A stretch of 32,000 nt of DNA from Candidatus Lokiarchaeum ossiferum (GCA_025839675.1 CP104013.1:5580001-5612000), one strand, 5' to 3'; shown: positions 1 through 9,923, counted from the first letter of the stretch. Notes: generated by a model from the sequence alone, not told the origin. A program made the numbers and translations.

Positions 1-81
1 CAAAGCCAATTAACCCATACACGAAACTTGACAGAAAAACAAAAATTAATATCCAATACTCATTCAAGATAAGGAAAAAAA

Positions 82-663
82 TTAAACATGGTTAAAAAAA
101 TCTTGTAATAATTCTGAGAAATTCGTTACGGGTAAAATTTGGGTAAATAATGATGGTTTATGGGCTAATATTAGATAGTTTGCATATATAGCGGGTTTGT
201 TTTCTTGAATTGCCATATTCGTAAAATCCTTTTCGATTATTAAATGATCGGGAAAATCTTGTTTGAATTGGTTCAATCGCTCATTAATATCTGGATATGA
301 TTTTATATCTTGTGAAAGACTACTTTTAGGGATGAGTTCATGGTTATTAACTAGTGTGATCCCATTTGGTCTTAGATATTGGAGATTTCGTAATAATTCT
401 AACGGTTCCAAAGCGACCATTAGATCTATCTCTTGAATTGGAGGGGAAGGAGATAAAAAAGGTATGGTTTTAGAGGGATCTAGATTGTAACGAACTAAGC
501 AAAAAACTGATCCTTCTCGTTGAGAGACTCCCCGTGATTCCATTGAGACTAATCCATGAATTTGAGATGATTTTAAGGCCATTTCTCGGAAAAATTTTCC
601 TAAAGTCATGACACCTTGACCTCCGACTCCGACAATCATAATATTGAAAGAAAATTTGTTCAT
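82..663 (-). CDS. iorB: Indolepyruvate:ferredoxin oxidoreductase beta subunit (gamma-type domain of 2-oxoacid:Fd oxidoreductases)
   Basis: 193-aa ORF. The N-terminal IMIVGVGGQGVMTLGK glycine motif and the SRGVSQREG segment are typical of the IorB/gamma family. Its start overlaps the iorA stop in an ATGA arrangement (660-663), which implies one operon. Confidence 0.8.
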   Translation of the reverse strand: MNKFSFNIMIVGVGGQGVMTLGKFFREMALKSSQIHGLVSMESRGVSQREGSVFCLVRYNLDPSKTIPFLSPSPPIQEIDLMVALEPLELLRNLQYLRPNGITLVNNHELIPKSSLSQDIKSYPDINERLNQFKQDFPDHLIIEKDFTNMAIQENKPAIYANYLILAHKPSLFTQILPVTNFSELLQDFFNHV

Positions 664-2828
664 TTTGATGGATTCTCCTTTGATGGATTTGGTTGAGTAA
701 AATGTAAATGGGGGTTGATTACTGTTTTATAAATTGCATGGTTTGGACAAACCTCCAAACAACTAAGACAGTCTTCTCCTAAACATCGGGATGTATCAAT
801 CTTATATTTATCTTCACTCATTTGGATGGCAGTACATCCTAAGACTGAAAAGCATTCATCACACTTTGTGCAGTGATCCGCGATCTGTAAAAATGTACAT
901 TGATTGTTGGCTTTTGTCTCCTTTTGTATTCTGCGTTTATAATTTAAAGCACATTCCGCCTCTACGAGAATAAATTTCAAACCATCTAGGGAGAAAAACT
1001 GCAAAAAGTCTCGAGTCATTTTCTTTATTGAATACCCATTTAAGGTTTTGATTGGATAAGTGCCTAAGGTTTCTAAAAATTGTTTAATCTTAAATGGTTG
1101 AATATTTACCTCAGAATTCTCTGTATTTAATTGTTTAGGTGTGGAGGGTGATATTTGATGGCCAGTCATAGAACAAAAATAATTATCTAGTATTACAACA
1201 GTGGCGGGGGTATTGTTTTTCGCTAAATTATAAATTGCTTGGATACCTGAGTGAAAAAAAGTGCTATCCCCAATTAAACTTACTACATGCTGCGTTTTTG
1301 GATTAACAAATCTTCCAACCCCATTAGTGATACCTACTCCAGCTCCCATGCATATTAACCAATCCATTACGGCGTAGGGTTCTGACATTCCAAGCGTATA
1401 ACATCCGATATCACCACCAAAAATGGCTCTTTTATTTTGTTTTTGATAGAATTTGTCCGTGGCTTTTCGGAGGGAATAAAAAACATTTCTATGTGAACAT
1501 CCTGGACAGAATGTTGGTTCACGGATAGGTAAACTCTGTTGGATATTTTTTATAGAGTTTGGAATTTTTTTTAAAACTTGATGAAATGCTTCGAAATATA
1601 CAAGGTTATCTTGCAAGAAAAGTGGTTTGGACAAGAGATCTATGATTTTTTGAGGAGATAAAGTTCCTTCCCTCGGAAATATGTTTTTCCCCAAAATTGG
1701 GACCATCATATCATAATCATAAAGAATATCTTTAATTTGCATTTCTAAGAAAGGTTCTTGTTCTTCAATAACTAAAAGTAACTCAATTTCATAGTCATCA
1801 ACAAAATCCACAATGATCTGTTTATTTATGGGGTATGTTTGAAGTAAACGTAGTCGAGGAATATCTTTTTCAATAATTGCACATATTTCATGGGAGTATG
1901 TCCAAGACAGACCACTAGTAATAATTCCAACGGAAACATCTTGTTTTTCAATAATGATTTGGTCTTCATCCTTTGATTTTTCTTGAGTTTCTTCTTTTTC
2001 TTTTAAAGTACATTGAGTTAATTTAACCTCACTTTTTCCCTCAATTGAATGCAGATCTTGATCTTCTAACTCGAAATATCCTTGTTCTTGTTTAAAAATA
2101 ATAGAATTTAAGCGAGTCTGATTATTTTGGGCCCAGTGAATTGCATTTAAAAATTTATTAAAATCTTTTCTGAAATATCTTTGTTCTTGCTGGACAAATT
2201 GGTGAGAAAGCTTGCTAAATTGAACGATACTGGACGCGTGGTTTAAAGAAGCCGGAGAATAAATCATGACTGGAAGATTTATCTTTTCTGAAAGTTCAAA
2301 GGCTATAGATACAAAATCTTTGCATTCTTGAATCGAAGCGGGTTCTAAAATTGGGAGTTTGGAATGAAATGAAAAAAGTCTAACATCTTGTGCATTAGTA
2401 GAGGATTTTATGCCGGGATCTCCACCACAAATTATTACTAATCCCGCTTTTCTTTGTCCCTCTATTCCTGAATACATTACGGAGTGGAGTGCATCAGAAA
2501 TTAAATTCATGCCTAAATGTTTGAAAACGACTGCTGCTCTTATCCCGGTCCAACTAGCGCCCACGGCTGCTTCAAAGGCGACTGTTTCATTAATAGATAA
2601 ATCATAATCGATTAGTACTTCTCTACCGGCATACCATCTCCACATATCTCCGATTTCAGAAGTTGGAGTTCCAGGGTAATTTGCTAAAAACTGTACTCCT
2701 GCTTCATATAAACCTCTTGTAAAGGCTTCATTGCCAGTCATGATGATGGGTTTTATATAATTTTCTAAAAAAATTTGTTCCAAATGGGATTCTTTAACAT
2801 TCATTCCTATAATCATATTAAAATTCAT
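660..2828 (-). CDS. iorA: Indolepyruvate:ferredoxin oxidoreductase alpha subunit (TPP-binding, C-terminal 2x[4Fe-4S] ferredoxin domain)
   Basis: 722-aa ORF. N-terminal GNEAFTRGLYEAGVQFLANYPGTPTSEI. TPP-binding region GGDIGCYTLG ... GDSTFFHSGIQAIYNLAKNNTPATVVILDN. C-terminal Cys clusters CTKCDEC...C and C...CLSCLEVCP. Carries a K/E/Q-rich low-complexity insert at about aa 265-297. Confidence 0.85.
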   Translation of the reverse strand: MNFNMIIGMNVKESHLEQIFLENYIKPIIMTGNEAFTRGLYEAGVQFLANYPGTPTSEIGDMWRWYAGREVLIDYDLSINETVAFEAAVGASWTGIRAAVVFKHLGMNLISDALHSVMYSGIEGQRKAGLVIICGGDPGIKSSTNAQDVRLFSFHSKLPILEPASIQECKDFVSIAFELSEKINLPVMIYSPASLNHASSIVQFSKLSHQFVQQEQRYFRKDFNKFLNAIHWAQNNQTRLNSIIFKQEQGYFELEDQDLHSIEGKSEVKLTQCTLKEKEETQEKSKDEDQIIIEKQDVSVGIITSGLSWTYSHEICAIIEKDIPRLRLLQTYPINKQIIVDFVDDYEIELLLVIEEQEPFLEMQIKDILYDYDMMVPILGKNIFPREGTLSPQKIIDLLSKPLFLQDNLVYFEAFHQVLKKIPNSIKNIQQSLPIREPTFCPGCSHRNVFYSLRKATDKFYQKQNKRAIFGGDIGCYTLGMSEPYAVMDWLICMGAGVGITNGVGRFVNPKTQHVVSLIGDSTFFHSGIQAIYNLAKNNTPATVVILDNYFCSMTGHQISPSTPKQLNTENSEVNIQPFKIKQFLETLGTYPIKTLNGYSIKKMTRDFLQFFSLDGLKFILVEAECALNYKRRIQKETKANNQCTFLQIADHCTKCDECFSVLGCTAIQMSEDKYKIDTSRCLGEDCLSCLEVCPNHAIYKTVINPHLHFTQPNPSKENPSK

Positions 2829-2868
2829 TCCTAATTAACTATTTAGCCAAAAAAAAATAATATCATAT

Positions 2869-4059
2869 ATGGATGCTGAGGTAATAGTTGTTGGAGCGGG
2901 ACCTAGTGGAATAACCGCTGCTAAAAATCTCGCATCTCATGGTATTTCTGTTTTAATCTTAGAAAAATTGTCATTCCCACGAAAAGTTATTTGTAGTGAT
3001 ATAATTTTTTATCAAGCAGTGAAGGATTTTCCATACATAGAACCTATGATTGAAAGCTACAATTATTCTGTTGAAATTAGATCCAATAAACAAACCAATC
3101 GGGTAGTAATTGATTCCAAAACTCCATTTTTTGCAACATTTTCTGATCGAGCTAGGTTTGATTCCTTTCTTTTAGAAAATGCTCAACATCCAAAATTATC
3201 TATAAAATTTAATGTTGAAGTAAACAATGTCAAATCTTATTATAATTTTATTGTTGTTCATACAAATCAGGGCTGTTTTCGAGCTAATATGGTAATTGGT
3301 GCGGATTCTATTAATTCAATTGTCGCTCGGCGATTAAATATTGGATTAAAACCTTTTCCATCACAGTTTGGCCTTTCCATTAATCAACTATTTCCTTTAG
3401 ATAAAAAAACCTGCATTGAACATTATGGTGATCGTCTAAAAGCAACTTTGTTACTCAATTATAATCAAATTCCCGGTATTACAAAGATTGTTCCTAAATT
3501 AAATTCTGTGTTGGTTGAAATTTCTACCCCAATTTCGCGTTATCCGCATATTCGGAAAGATTTTGAAAAACTAATCCAAGATCTTATTGAATGGAGGGAT
3601 CTCCCAAATTTAGAGTTTGATCTTCATCCTACGATAGGAGTTTTTCCTATTCAATTAGCTGAAAAAAGAACTTATGGACCACGTTGCTTGCTTGTTGGAA
3701 ATGCTGGGGGGTTTTGTTCTTCTTTATTTGGAATGGGCATTTATCATAGCATGTTAAGTGGTTTATACGCATCTCAAGCGGTGCAGAAGATGTTGAACTC
3801 GCCATTATATGCTTTCGGTGTGGTCCCTCCATATTATCGCATTTGGCAAAAAAATCTAAGATCTAATTTAAAACTTCATCAACGAATTCGAAATTTAATT
3901 CTCCTTAATCCCGCAGGATCTGTTAATTTTGTGAATTGGATTAAAAACAACCCATCTCTGCATAAAAGAGTTCTAAATGTCATCCAATGCGATTTATCTG
4001 CAAAAATATCACCTGCCAAATTAAGTTGGCTTTATTATCGTTCCTTGCGAAAAAGATAA
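2869..4059 (+). CDS. FAD-dependent oxidoreductase, geranylgeranyl reductase family
   Basis: 396-aa ORF. N-terminal Rossmann dinucleotide motif VIVVGAGPSGITAAKNLASHGISVLILEK and a second motif VIGADSINSIVARRL, both typical of GGR/FixC-type flavoproteins. The substrate cannot be inferred. Confidence 0.7.
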   Translation: MDAEVIVVGAGPSGITAAKNLASHGISVLILEKLSFPRKVICSDIIFYQAVKDFPYIEPMIESYNYSVEIRSNKQTNRVVIDSKTPFFATFSDRARFDSFLLENAQHPKLSIKFNVEVNNVKSYYNFIVVHTNQGCFRANMVIGADSINSIVARRLNIGLKPFPSQFGLSINQLFPLDKKTCIEHYGDRLKATLLLNYNQIPGITKIVPKLNSVLVEISTPISRYPHIRKDFEKLIQDLIEWRDLPNLEFDLHPTIGVFPIQLAEKRTYGPRCLLVGNAGGFCSSLFGMGIYHSMLSGLYASQAVQKMLNSPLYAFGVVPPYYRIWQKNLRSNLKLHQRIRNLILLNPAGSVNFVNWIKNNPSLHKRVLNVIQCDLSAKISPAKLSWLYYRSLRKR

Positions 4060-4140
4060 TTAACATTTTCACCCCAAAATAAAAAAATCGCATTTTTACC
4101 AAAACATTTTTACTCGGTTTTAATATTAATAAAATAATTT

Positions 4141-4749
4141 ATGTCAATTTGGGATTCGAGTTTTAATACTCTTTGGCTTTCCTTATGTGGTGCATTTTTT
4201 GTTATTTTCCGGATTTGGCTTACCGAAGTTAAATTGCATAAAGAATTAGGAAGTAAACGCGGTCATACTTCTCGATTTATCTCTTTATTTTTCTTCATTG
4301 CAATGTTGCTGAATTTTGAGAATAATGTATTTACATTGATTTCGGTCGTTGGAGCTCCTGCAATGCTAATGGCTTTTTTTGCATTCGATGTTCCGTATTA
4401 TATTAAGGATGTTCCCCAAATAAAAGAGAAGAAATTTTGGCTAATAATAGAGCGTTTAACAATGCATCCACCAGCAGTTTTTTTTGCTGTGTATTTTTAT
4501 GCTTACGCTCGTCTTGATTTTTATTTAACATTGTTTACAATCCCAAAATTTTGCGGTGCCCTTATTCTTGTGATAGGTCCATTATTTCTTTTTGATCCTC
4601 GAGTTATTAAACGTGAGGATTGGCCTCGGGGTCCAGCATGTATTATTGGTGCGATCTTAAGTATTGTGGGCAATCTGCTATTTTATTTCCAAAAAAAAAT
4701 GGCTAATATCGATATAATAACAGAGCTAGGAATTGAAGGTTTACTCTAA
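4141..4749 (+). CDS. Polytopic membrane protein, unknown function
   Basis: 202-aa ORF with about 5-6 hydrophobic helices (e.g. LWLSLCGAFFVIFRIWL, FISLFFFIAMLL, AVFFAVYFYAYA, FCGALILVIGPLFLF). No recognisable catalytic motif. Confidence 0.5.
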   Translation: MSIWDSSFNTLWLSLCGAFFVIFRIWLTEVKLHKELGSKRGHTSRFISLFFFIAMLLNFENNVFTLISVVGAPAMLMAFFAFDVPYYIKDVPQIKEKKFWLIIERLTMHPPAVFFAVYFYAYARLDFYLTLFTIPKFCGALILVIGPLFLFDPRVIKREDWPRGPACIIGAILSIVGNLLFYFQKKMANIDIITELGIEGLL

Positions 4750-4965
4750 AACAGTATATAAAATCAATCCGATCCCAATAGCAACTCCTCCACCGCCTAT
4801 CCAAAAAGATACACTAATAAATGTGTGTATTGCATCTGGTAAGGGATTATATAGTGTCAATAATTCATATCTACCCCAGAAAGACATAGCGATCCAAGTC
4901 AAGGAAACCAAAAATATAAAGACAAGGTGTTGTAATTCAAGTTCAAAGTCAAGAAAATTTACCAT
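4741..4965 (-). CDS. Small (74 aa) two-TM membrane protein, probably translationally coupled to the upstream CTP-transferase-family gene
   Basis: Internal ATG of the 4741..5034 ORF lies at 4965-4963. It overlaps the TAA stop (4967-4965) of the 4965..6122 gene as TAATG. Product MVNFLDFELELQHLVFIFLVSLTWIAMSFW...FISVSFWIGGGGVAIGIGLILY has two clear hydrophobic helices. The opposite-strand ORF 4733..5029 looks non-protein-like. Confidence 0.4.
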   Translation of the reverse strand: MVNFLDFELELQHLVFIFLVSLTWIAMSFWGRYELLTLYNPLPDAIHTFISVSFWIGGGGVAIGIGLILYTVLE

Positions 4966-6122
4966 TATACTCCAAATACATTTATGCTTGGAATGTTTAA
5001 AAGGGATAGCATTGCGAAGACAAAAGTGATGCAAATTGGCATGAGTAAGTTATCTGAAACTTTTATAGGTTTTGGTGTAACCAGATCTAAAACTGCGAAC
5101 ACTGTTGCGCCGATAATACTGTAAATTGGTCCCACGAGGGCACTCATTGTTAAAAATGCTGCTAATGATCCTCCAAGTGTTCCTTCAAGGGATTTCTGAT
5201 TCCATGAATATCTTTTTTTCCCGAATTTCATACCAATCATGCTTGCGGCAGGATCTGCGAAAGCAGCTAAACATAATCCTGCTAAAAACAACATGGGAGG
5301 CAAAACCATCGCCGAAGCCAGATATCCTACGGCAAAATGGCTATAGGATGCAAAAGTATCAATTTCCTTGTATAACAATTTTTTTTGTGTCTCTTTATGA
5401 AAAACACAATGCAAGAAATTAGATAATCGGGTGATTTCCACTACCAGAAGAACCATAACCATCCCGTACATGACCATTATAAGAATAGTTTGTCCTAAAG
5501 GAATAGAATGTCGAATAAAAGCAATTTCAAGATATCCTTCTCCTTGACTATTTCCCCAAAAGCTCTCAATAATTGTTCGAAATTCTGCTGAATCTTTAGA
5601 TCCAACGAAATTTTTAGTTGTATTAATACTTCCTAATAATAAAAAGGTGCTAAGTAAAATAAACGCAATAAAATGCCAAGATTTACGTTTATAATCAATC
5701 GTTCGCATAGTTTTATGGGAAATTGTATGGTTTTCGTTTTCTAGTCCATAGCGATGTTCTTTTTTTTGCCCTCTTGCATACATATACACGTTGTAACCTA
5801 TGAATAAGAAACCTATTATAACTGGAATTATTGCTAACAAAAGTCCGGGTAAGTCGCCAGATGTACCATTGAAATCAAAGCCAACTTTAATTTGAATCAC
5901 AACTAATTCAAAAAGAAGTAATATCATCATTCCAACGAGATTAAATGGTTCTTCAATAGTATGAACCCGTTCGGTACTGTTTGGGTGATTTTGGCTCCAC
6001 AAGGCAAATACTTTAGATGATTTTAATAAAACTCTTAGGATGGATAAAATAATGACTCCAAAAATCGTTATGATAAAAAATTGACACAAAATTCCCGGAT
6101 TGATTGCCATCGAAGTGTACAA
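4965..6122 (-). CDS. Polytopic membrane enzyme of the CTP-transferase-1 superfamily (dolichol/polyprenol kinase or CdsA-like cytidylyltransferase)
   Basis: 385-aa ORF with many TM helices. The C-terminal motif FADPAASMIGMKFGKKRYSWNQKSLEGTLGGSLAAF matches the D-x-x-A-x-x-x-G...G...K-S/T-x-EG-S/T signature shared by CdsA, SEC59 dolichol kinase and phytol kinase. Confidence 0.6.
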   Translation of the reverse strand: MYTSMAINPGILCQFFIITIFGVIILSILRVLLKSSKVFALWSQNHPNSTERVHTIEEPFNLVGMMILLLFELVVIQIKVGFDFNGTSGDLPGLLLAIIPVIIGFLFIGYNVYMYARGQKKEHRYGLENENHTISHKTMRTIDYKRKSWHFIAFILLSTFLLLGSINTTKNFVGSKDSAEFRTIIESFWGNSQGEGYLEIAFIRHSIPLGQTILIMVMYGMVMVLLVVEITRLSNFLHCVFHKETQKKLLYKEIDTFASYSHFAVGYLASAMVLPPMLFLAGLCLAAFADPAASMIGMKFGKKRYSWNQKSLEGTLGGSLAAFLTMSALVGPIYSIIGATVFAVLDLVTPKPIKVSDNLLMPICITFVFAMLSLLNIPSINVFGV

Positions 6123-6708
6123 TCTTACATGTTTGAAAAAATTTCTGTTTGCCCTTAGATTGGAATTCTAAGAAAGAATTCACTGAAATAATTCTTGTTT
6201 TGCCACTGAGAAGGTGATACTTCTCCAAAAATATCATGTTTTTAGGATAGTAGGATGAAAATCTAAAAGAATTCAAATTGTTTAACCATATATTAATTTT
6301 CATTCCGCTTGGTGTTTTGAGCAGAATCTCATCTATTTTTGATCAAAAATCTAATTTGACTCATTTTTCCAAAGAAAATATTCCCATTAAGAATGGCTTA
6401 TGACATTGCTTTTATTTATTGACAAATCTATTGTAAGATATTCTACCACAAATCGAATTTTTACCACAAACAGAATAAGAGAAATATGAGAGATCAAAAA
6501 ATAATCCAAAAAAGACGATATATACAATTTAATTAATGGAAGAATCTAATTGATAAATCTTTATTAAAATTTTTCGAAAAAAGGAAAGCTTCAGCACTAT
6601 AACTTAATTATCATCGATTTAACTAATGTTTTGAGCAAATCTCCACCAAATACCTTGTCATCATCAGCTTGTAATTTTGATAAGTTTTGAAATAAAAAAA
6701 ATTTATGT

Positions 6709-8406
6709 TTATTCTTTCTTCCCGATGTGTGGGAGAGTATCCCTTTTATTTAGGATAAACACACCAATTCCTAGGAAAACTATGTAGATTGAAGCCATTA
6801 TCAACCACTTCCACCAACTAAAACTAGATGCCCACCCAAAGCAAATTAAGGCAACTGAGATGCACATTAAGAATGTAATTGGTGCTGTTTTTTTAATAAT
6901 TTCACCTTCAATCCCCACTTCATCGATGGTTGCTGCTGCATTTTGAATTTTTGCGGGTGAAATTACTGATGCAAGGCCACCTCCTACTCCATTGGCCGTA
7001 CCAACAGCTATTGGATTCATTCCTAAACTTACAGCGGTTTGAGCGTGGAAATTTGTAAACATTGCAATTGCTGATGTCTCAGATCCAGATATAAATCCCG
7101 CAAACAAACCAACAAACGGAACCACCAGAGGGTAAAATCTGCCAAAAGTTTGGGCTGTTCCCTCCGATAAAATACTCACCATATTATTAGAATTTACTTT
7201 CTCCCATGCCCCATTGATGAGAATGGTTCCAGAATTTATGAATAGAAATGCAATACCGAAGAAAATCGCTGCAGTAAATACCGGGCGAAGAGATCTTTTT
7301 ATCCAAATTTGTGCCGATTCTTTTAAGGATCCTTTCTTATATTTTCTCAGAATAGGAATAGAAAGCAATGTTGAAATCAATACCCAAAAATATGCATGGG
7401 AAAATACTTCAGTCTTCACAACAACTTCACCAATGGTGACTGGTAAAGCTAAATCCTCAGTTAAAAATTGATGAATCGCTGGAATTAAATTGGTAACAAT
7501 AGCGAATATAATAAGGAGAATCCAAGGGAAAAATGCTTTCCATAATGGCATAGATTGATCCACCAGTTTCTCTTCTTCGGATAACACGGAAGGATCAAAT
7601 ATTTTAATTTTCTTTATTTTTGCAACTAGCAGTAAAGCAAGAGCCGTGGCCAATCCAGAAATAACACCTGTGAGAGTAACAATTCCGAAGTAATTTGTTA
7701 CAATTGCAGTTCCTCCTGCTACTAATCCTGCAGTGATTGCAAATACCAAACTCTCTTTATTAAATAATAATTTTTTTCCTCCCGCTAACCATAACATCCC
7801 AAAAGCAATCCCCAAGGTGATTATAGGCATATAGAGCGAAAATGCAAATCCTGCTTCTTGAAGCGGAATTCCCATAAATTCAGCAAAAAAGACTGCTGGA
7901 ACTGCTAATAAGGCAAAGGTGCATAAGGGGTCATACCCTATTGCAGGTAAAGATACTGCTGCAAATGCACTATACCCCATAGCAAGCAATACTGGGGGTA
8001 GCATAGTTACTGGTGTGGCACCAATTGAGACTAAAAATGTTCCCAAGGCTAAATTAATGAACATTATTTGGAAAGCTTGATTTCCTCCTCCGATTTTTTT
8101 AAAATTTACCACAATTTTTTGAAGAGAACCTGTCTTTTCTTGATAGGTCATCATGAAGATAGAGGTCAAAACCATCATGGATATGGGAAATGATTTAAGC
8201 ATGCCTGCAAGAGATGCTAAAATTCCTACTTTCCAATTTGTTTTAAATATGATTATTGCCAATACGAACATGATTGCATAAATAATAATACCAACTTGAT
8301 GAGCTTTCATTTTAAAATAGATAAGCAAGAAAACTCCTACAATAAATGGCAATAAAATAAGAACAATGTTTAGAAATAACCCCATAATAATGAACAAGCA
8401 AGTCAA
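6709..8406 (-). CDS. lctP: L-lactate (glycolate) permease, LctP family
   Basis: 565-aa polytopic ORF. The C-terminal segment FVGLFAGFISGSETSAIAMFTNFHAQTAVSLGMNPIAVGTANGVGGGLASVISPAKIQNAAA aligns with the conserved [20 protein letters not shown]...ANTTGGVTGKMISPQSI block of E. coli LldP (from memory). Confidence 0.85.
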   Translation of the reverse strand: MTCLFIIMGLFLNIVLILLPFIVGVFLLIYFKMKAHQVGIIIYAIMFVLAIIIFKTNWKVGILASLAGMLKSFPISMMVLTSIFMMTYQEKTGSLQKIVVNFKKIGGGNQAFQIMFINLALGTFLVSIGATPVTMLPPVLLAMGYSAFAAVSLPAIGYDPLCTFALLAVPAVFFAEFMGIPLQEAGFAFSLYMPIITLGIAFGMLWLAGGKKLLFNKESLVFAITAGLVAGGTAIVTNYFGIVTLTGVISGLATALALLLVAKIKKIKIFDPSVLSEEEKLVDQSMPLWKAFFPWILLIIFAIVTNLIPAIHQFLTEDLALPVTIGEVVVKTEVFSHAYFWVLISTLLSIPILRKYKKGSLKESAQIWIKRSLRPVFTAAIFFGIAFLFINSGTILINGAWEKVNSNNMVSILSEGTAQTFGRFYPLVVPFVGLFAGFISGSETSAIAMFTNFHAQTAVSLGMNPIAVGTANGVGGGLASVISPAKIQNAAATIDEVGIEGEIIKKTAPITFLMCISVALICFGWASSFSWWKWLIMASIYIVFLGIGVFILNKRDTLPHIGKKE

Positions 8407-8476
8407 AAAGAATTAAAAAGATTCGGAATGTGGGAAAAAAGTGGATGTATGAACACGATAAAAGGTGATTTCAGGT

Positions 8477-8935
8477 CTATCCTTTACCATGTTTTCCCGC
8501 ATAAAATGCCATTCCCAACTGCGCGAAGAGAAAAATACTCGTTAAGATCCAAGGGAAAATTCCCAGTTCACGAAGAGAGATTGTCATCATCAGCAAACTG
8601 TAATAATAGAAAATTAAGAATGGGACGAGAATTTTTAGTTGTTTGGGATTTCGAAATTCAATTTTTTTCCAATAATCGACGATGAAGCAAAGAATACTGA
8701 ATAGAGTATAAGTGAATGCTCCGATAGTGTGATAAAATTCGTATTCCTCATTTAAAATAATTGTTCCGAGAATTAAAGTCAGTATTCCCAATGAAATACT
8801 AATTAATCCTAAAATATGTTCTATTTTTTTTCCCCATTTCCCCCCTTTTACCCTTAGATAGAAGTTAAGTGATTGCGAAAGATTTACCCAATTCACAATA
8901 ATGAAAAATAACCAAAGAATTGTCATAAGTTCCAT
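8477..8935 (-). CDS. Small membrane protein (4-5 TM), unknown function
   Basis: 152-aa ORF that is almost entirely hydrophobic helices. No motif recognised. Confidence 0.45.
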   Translation of the reverse strand: MELMTILWLFFIIVNWVNLSQSLNFYLRVKGGKWGKKIEHILGLISISLGILTLILGTIILNEEYEFYHTIGAFTYTLFSILCFIVDYWKKIEFRNPKQLKILVPFLIFYYYSLLMMTISLRELGIFPWILTSIFLFAQLGMAFYAGKHGKG

Positions 8936-9041
8936 GGCTATTAGATAGAAGTCAAGCTTTATAAAATTTCAAAAAGTATATTGAAATAAAAAAAGGGATA
9001 AAAAAAAGAAGATATCATAACCTGAAAAGAAATGCTTGATT

Positions 9042-9923
9042 TTAATTTTTCTTCCCATATTGTTGTTCTTTGAAGCCATTTTTCATAATATTGGAGTTAT
9101 ATCCCGTTGCAATGGATTTTTTGTCTGCATAAACAAATAATGCTGTATTATATACTGATTCTGCGACTCCAAACACTAAGGATAGGATAATCAGAAATAC
9201 TATAAATATCCCTATTCCGATCAGAATACCAACAAAATCGAATGCTAAATATAGGAAATATGATCCAACTGCACAAGCGATGAATCCTAAGAATCCGAAA
9301 ACAAATTTTATCAAATTCATACTGAAATATCTTACCAAACTTTCTCCCCAGGTTTCTCTTAAAGTTGCCACAGATTTTTTTATAGCTTTTCCTGGACCTA
9401 AATCATAGTATACCATTCCTGGAACAACGAAAATTGTCATTATTGACCATGCTAATCCAAGAATGCCTCGAATCGCATCCAAAATGAATCTTCCCCATTT
9501 TCCTGCTCCTCTAGATGCTTGCTCTAAAATATAGAAAATCAACCCAACAGTGGCGGATAAAAGACTCCACATAAAGATTAAATGGATTTTTGAAAAAGCA
9601 AATTTAAGACTTTGACCAAAAGTTGCATTTCCCCCTTCAAATCTTATTTTTGTTGTATAAACAACACATACATTAAAGAAGGTGGCGATAAATGCTAATC
9701 CAAGATATGTGAGGAAAACAAATACATACTCCAATGTATCAAATGCACCGTAACTATTGGGATCATCAAGTAATTGCGTAATTATTGTAGGAAATAGCAA
9801 CGCAAAGGAATAGAGTCCTGAGAATATCGCTGATAAAAATGGAAACCAGAGCATTTCTTTATCCTTTCCAACCGTGCTGAAGGAAACTTTCGTAATTTCC
9901 CAGCTTCTGCCAAATACACCCAT
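9042..9923 (-). CDS. Polytopic membrane protein, unknown function
   Basis: 293-aa ORF with about 6 TM helices and short soluble loops. No catalytic motif recognised. Confidence 0.5.
   Translation of the reverse strand: MGVFGRSWEITKVSFSTVGKDKEMLWFPFLSAIFSGLYSFALLFPTIITQLLDDPNSYGAFDTLEYVFVFLTYLGLAFIATFFNVCVVYTTKIRFEGGNATFGQSLKFAFSKIHLIFMWSLLSATVGLIFYILEQASRGAGKWGRFILDAIRGILGLAWSIMTIFVVPGMVYYDLGPGKAIKKSVATLRETWGESLVRYFSMNLIKFVFGFLGFIACAVGSYFLYLAFDFVGILIGIGIFIVFLIILSLVFGVAESVYNTALFVYADKKSIATGYNSNIMKNGFKEQQYGKKN

Noticed and set aside
1938-2075. K/E/Q-rich insert (…KSEVKLTQCTLKEKEETQEKSKDEDQIIIEKQD…) inside IorA before the conserved GIITSG block
   Set aside because: It is probably a lineage-specific low-complexity linker expansion, common in AT-rich genomes. 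Nothing suggests an intein, a mobile insertion or a separate domain.
791-2607. Short + strand ORFs 791..973 and 2410..2607 inside iorA
   Set aside because: They lie antisense to a well-supported, motif-rich CDS and have no recognisable features.
4733-5029. 98-aa + strand ORF between the two convergent membrane-protein genes
   Set aside because: The opposite-strand reading gives a clean two-TM product with a TAATG coupling to the upstream gene. The + strand product (…TRCCNSSSKSRKFTIILQIHLCLECLKG…) has no protein-like pattern.
6013-6303. 96-aa minus-strand ORF overlapping the start of the CTP-transferase-family gene
   Set aside because: It overlaps the 5' end of the better-supported 385-aa ORF in another frame. 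Its sequence is low-complexity and non-protein-like. The region is more likely promoter or 5' UTR.
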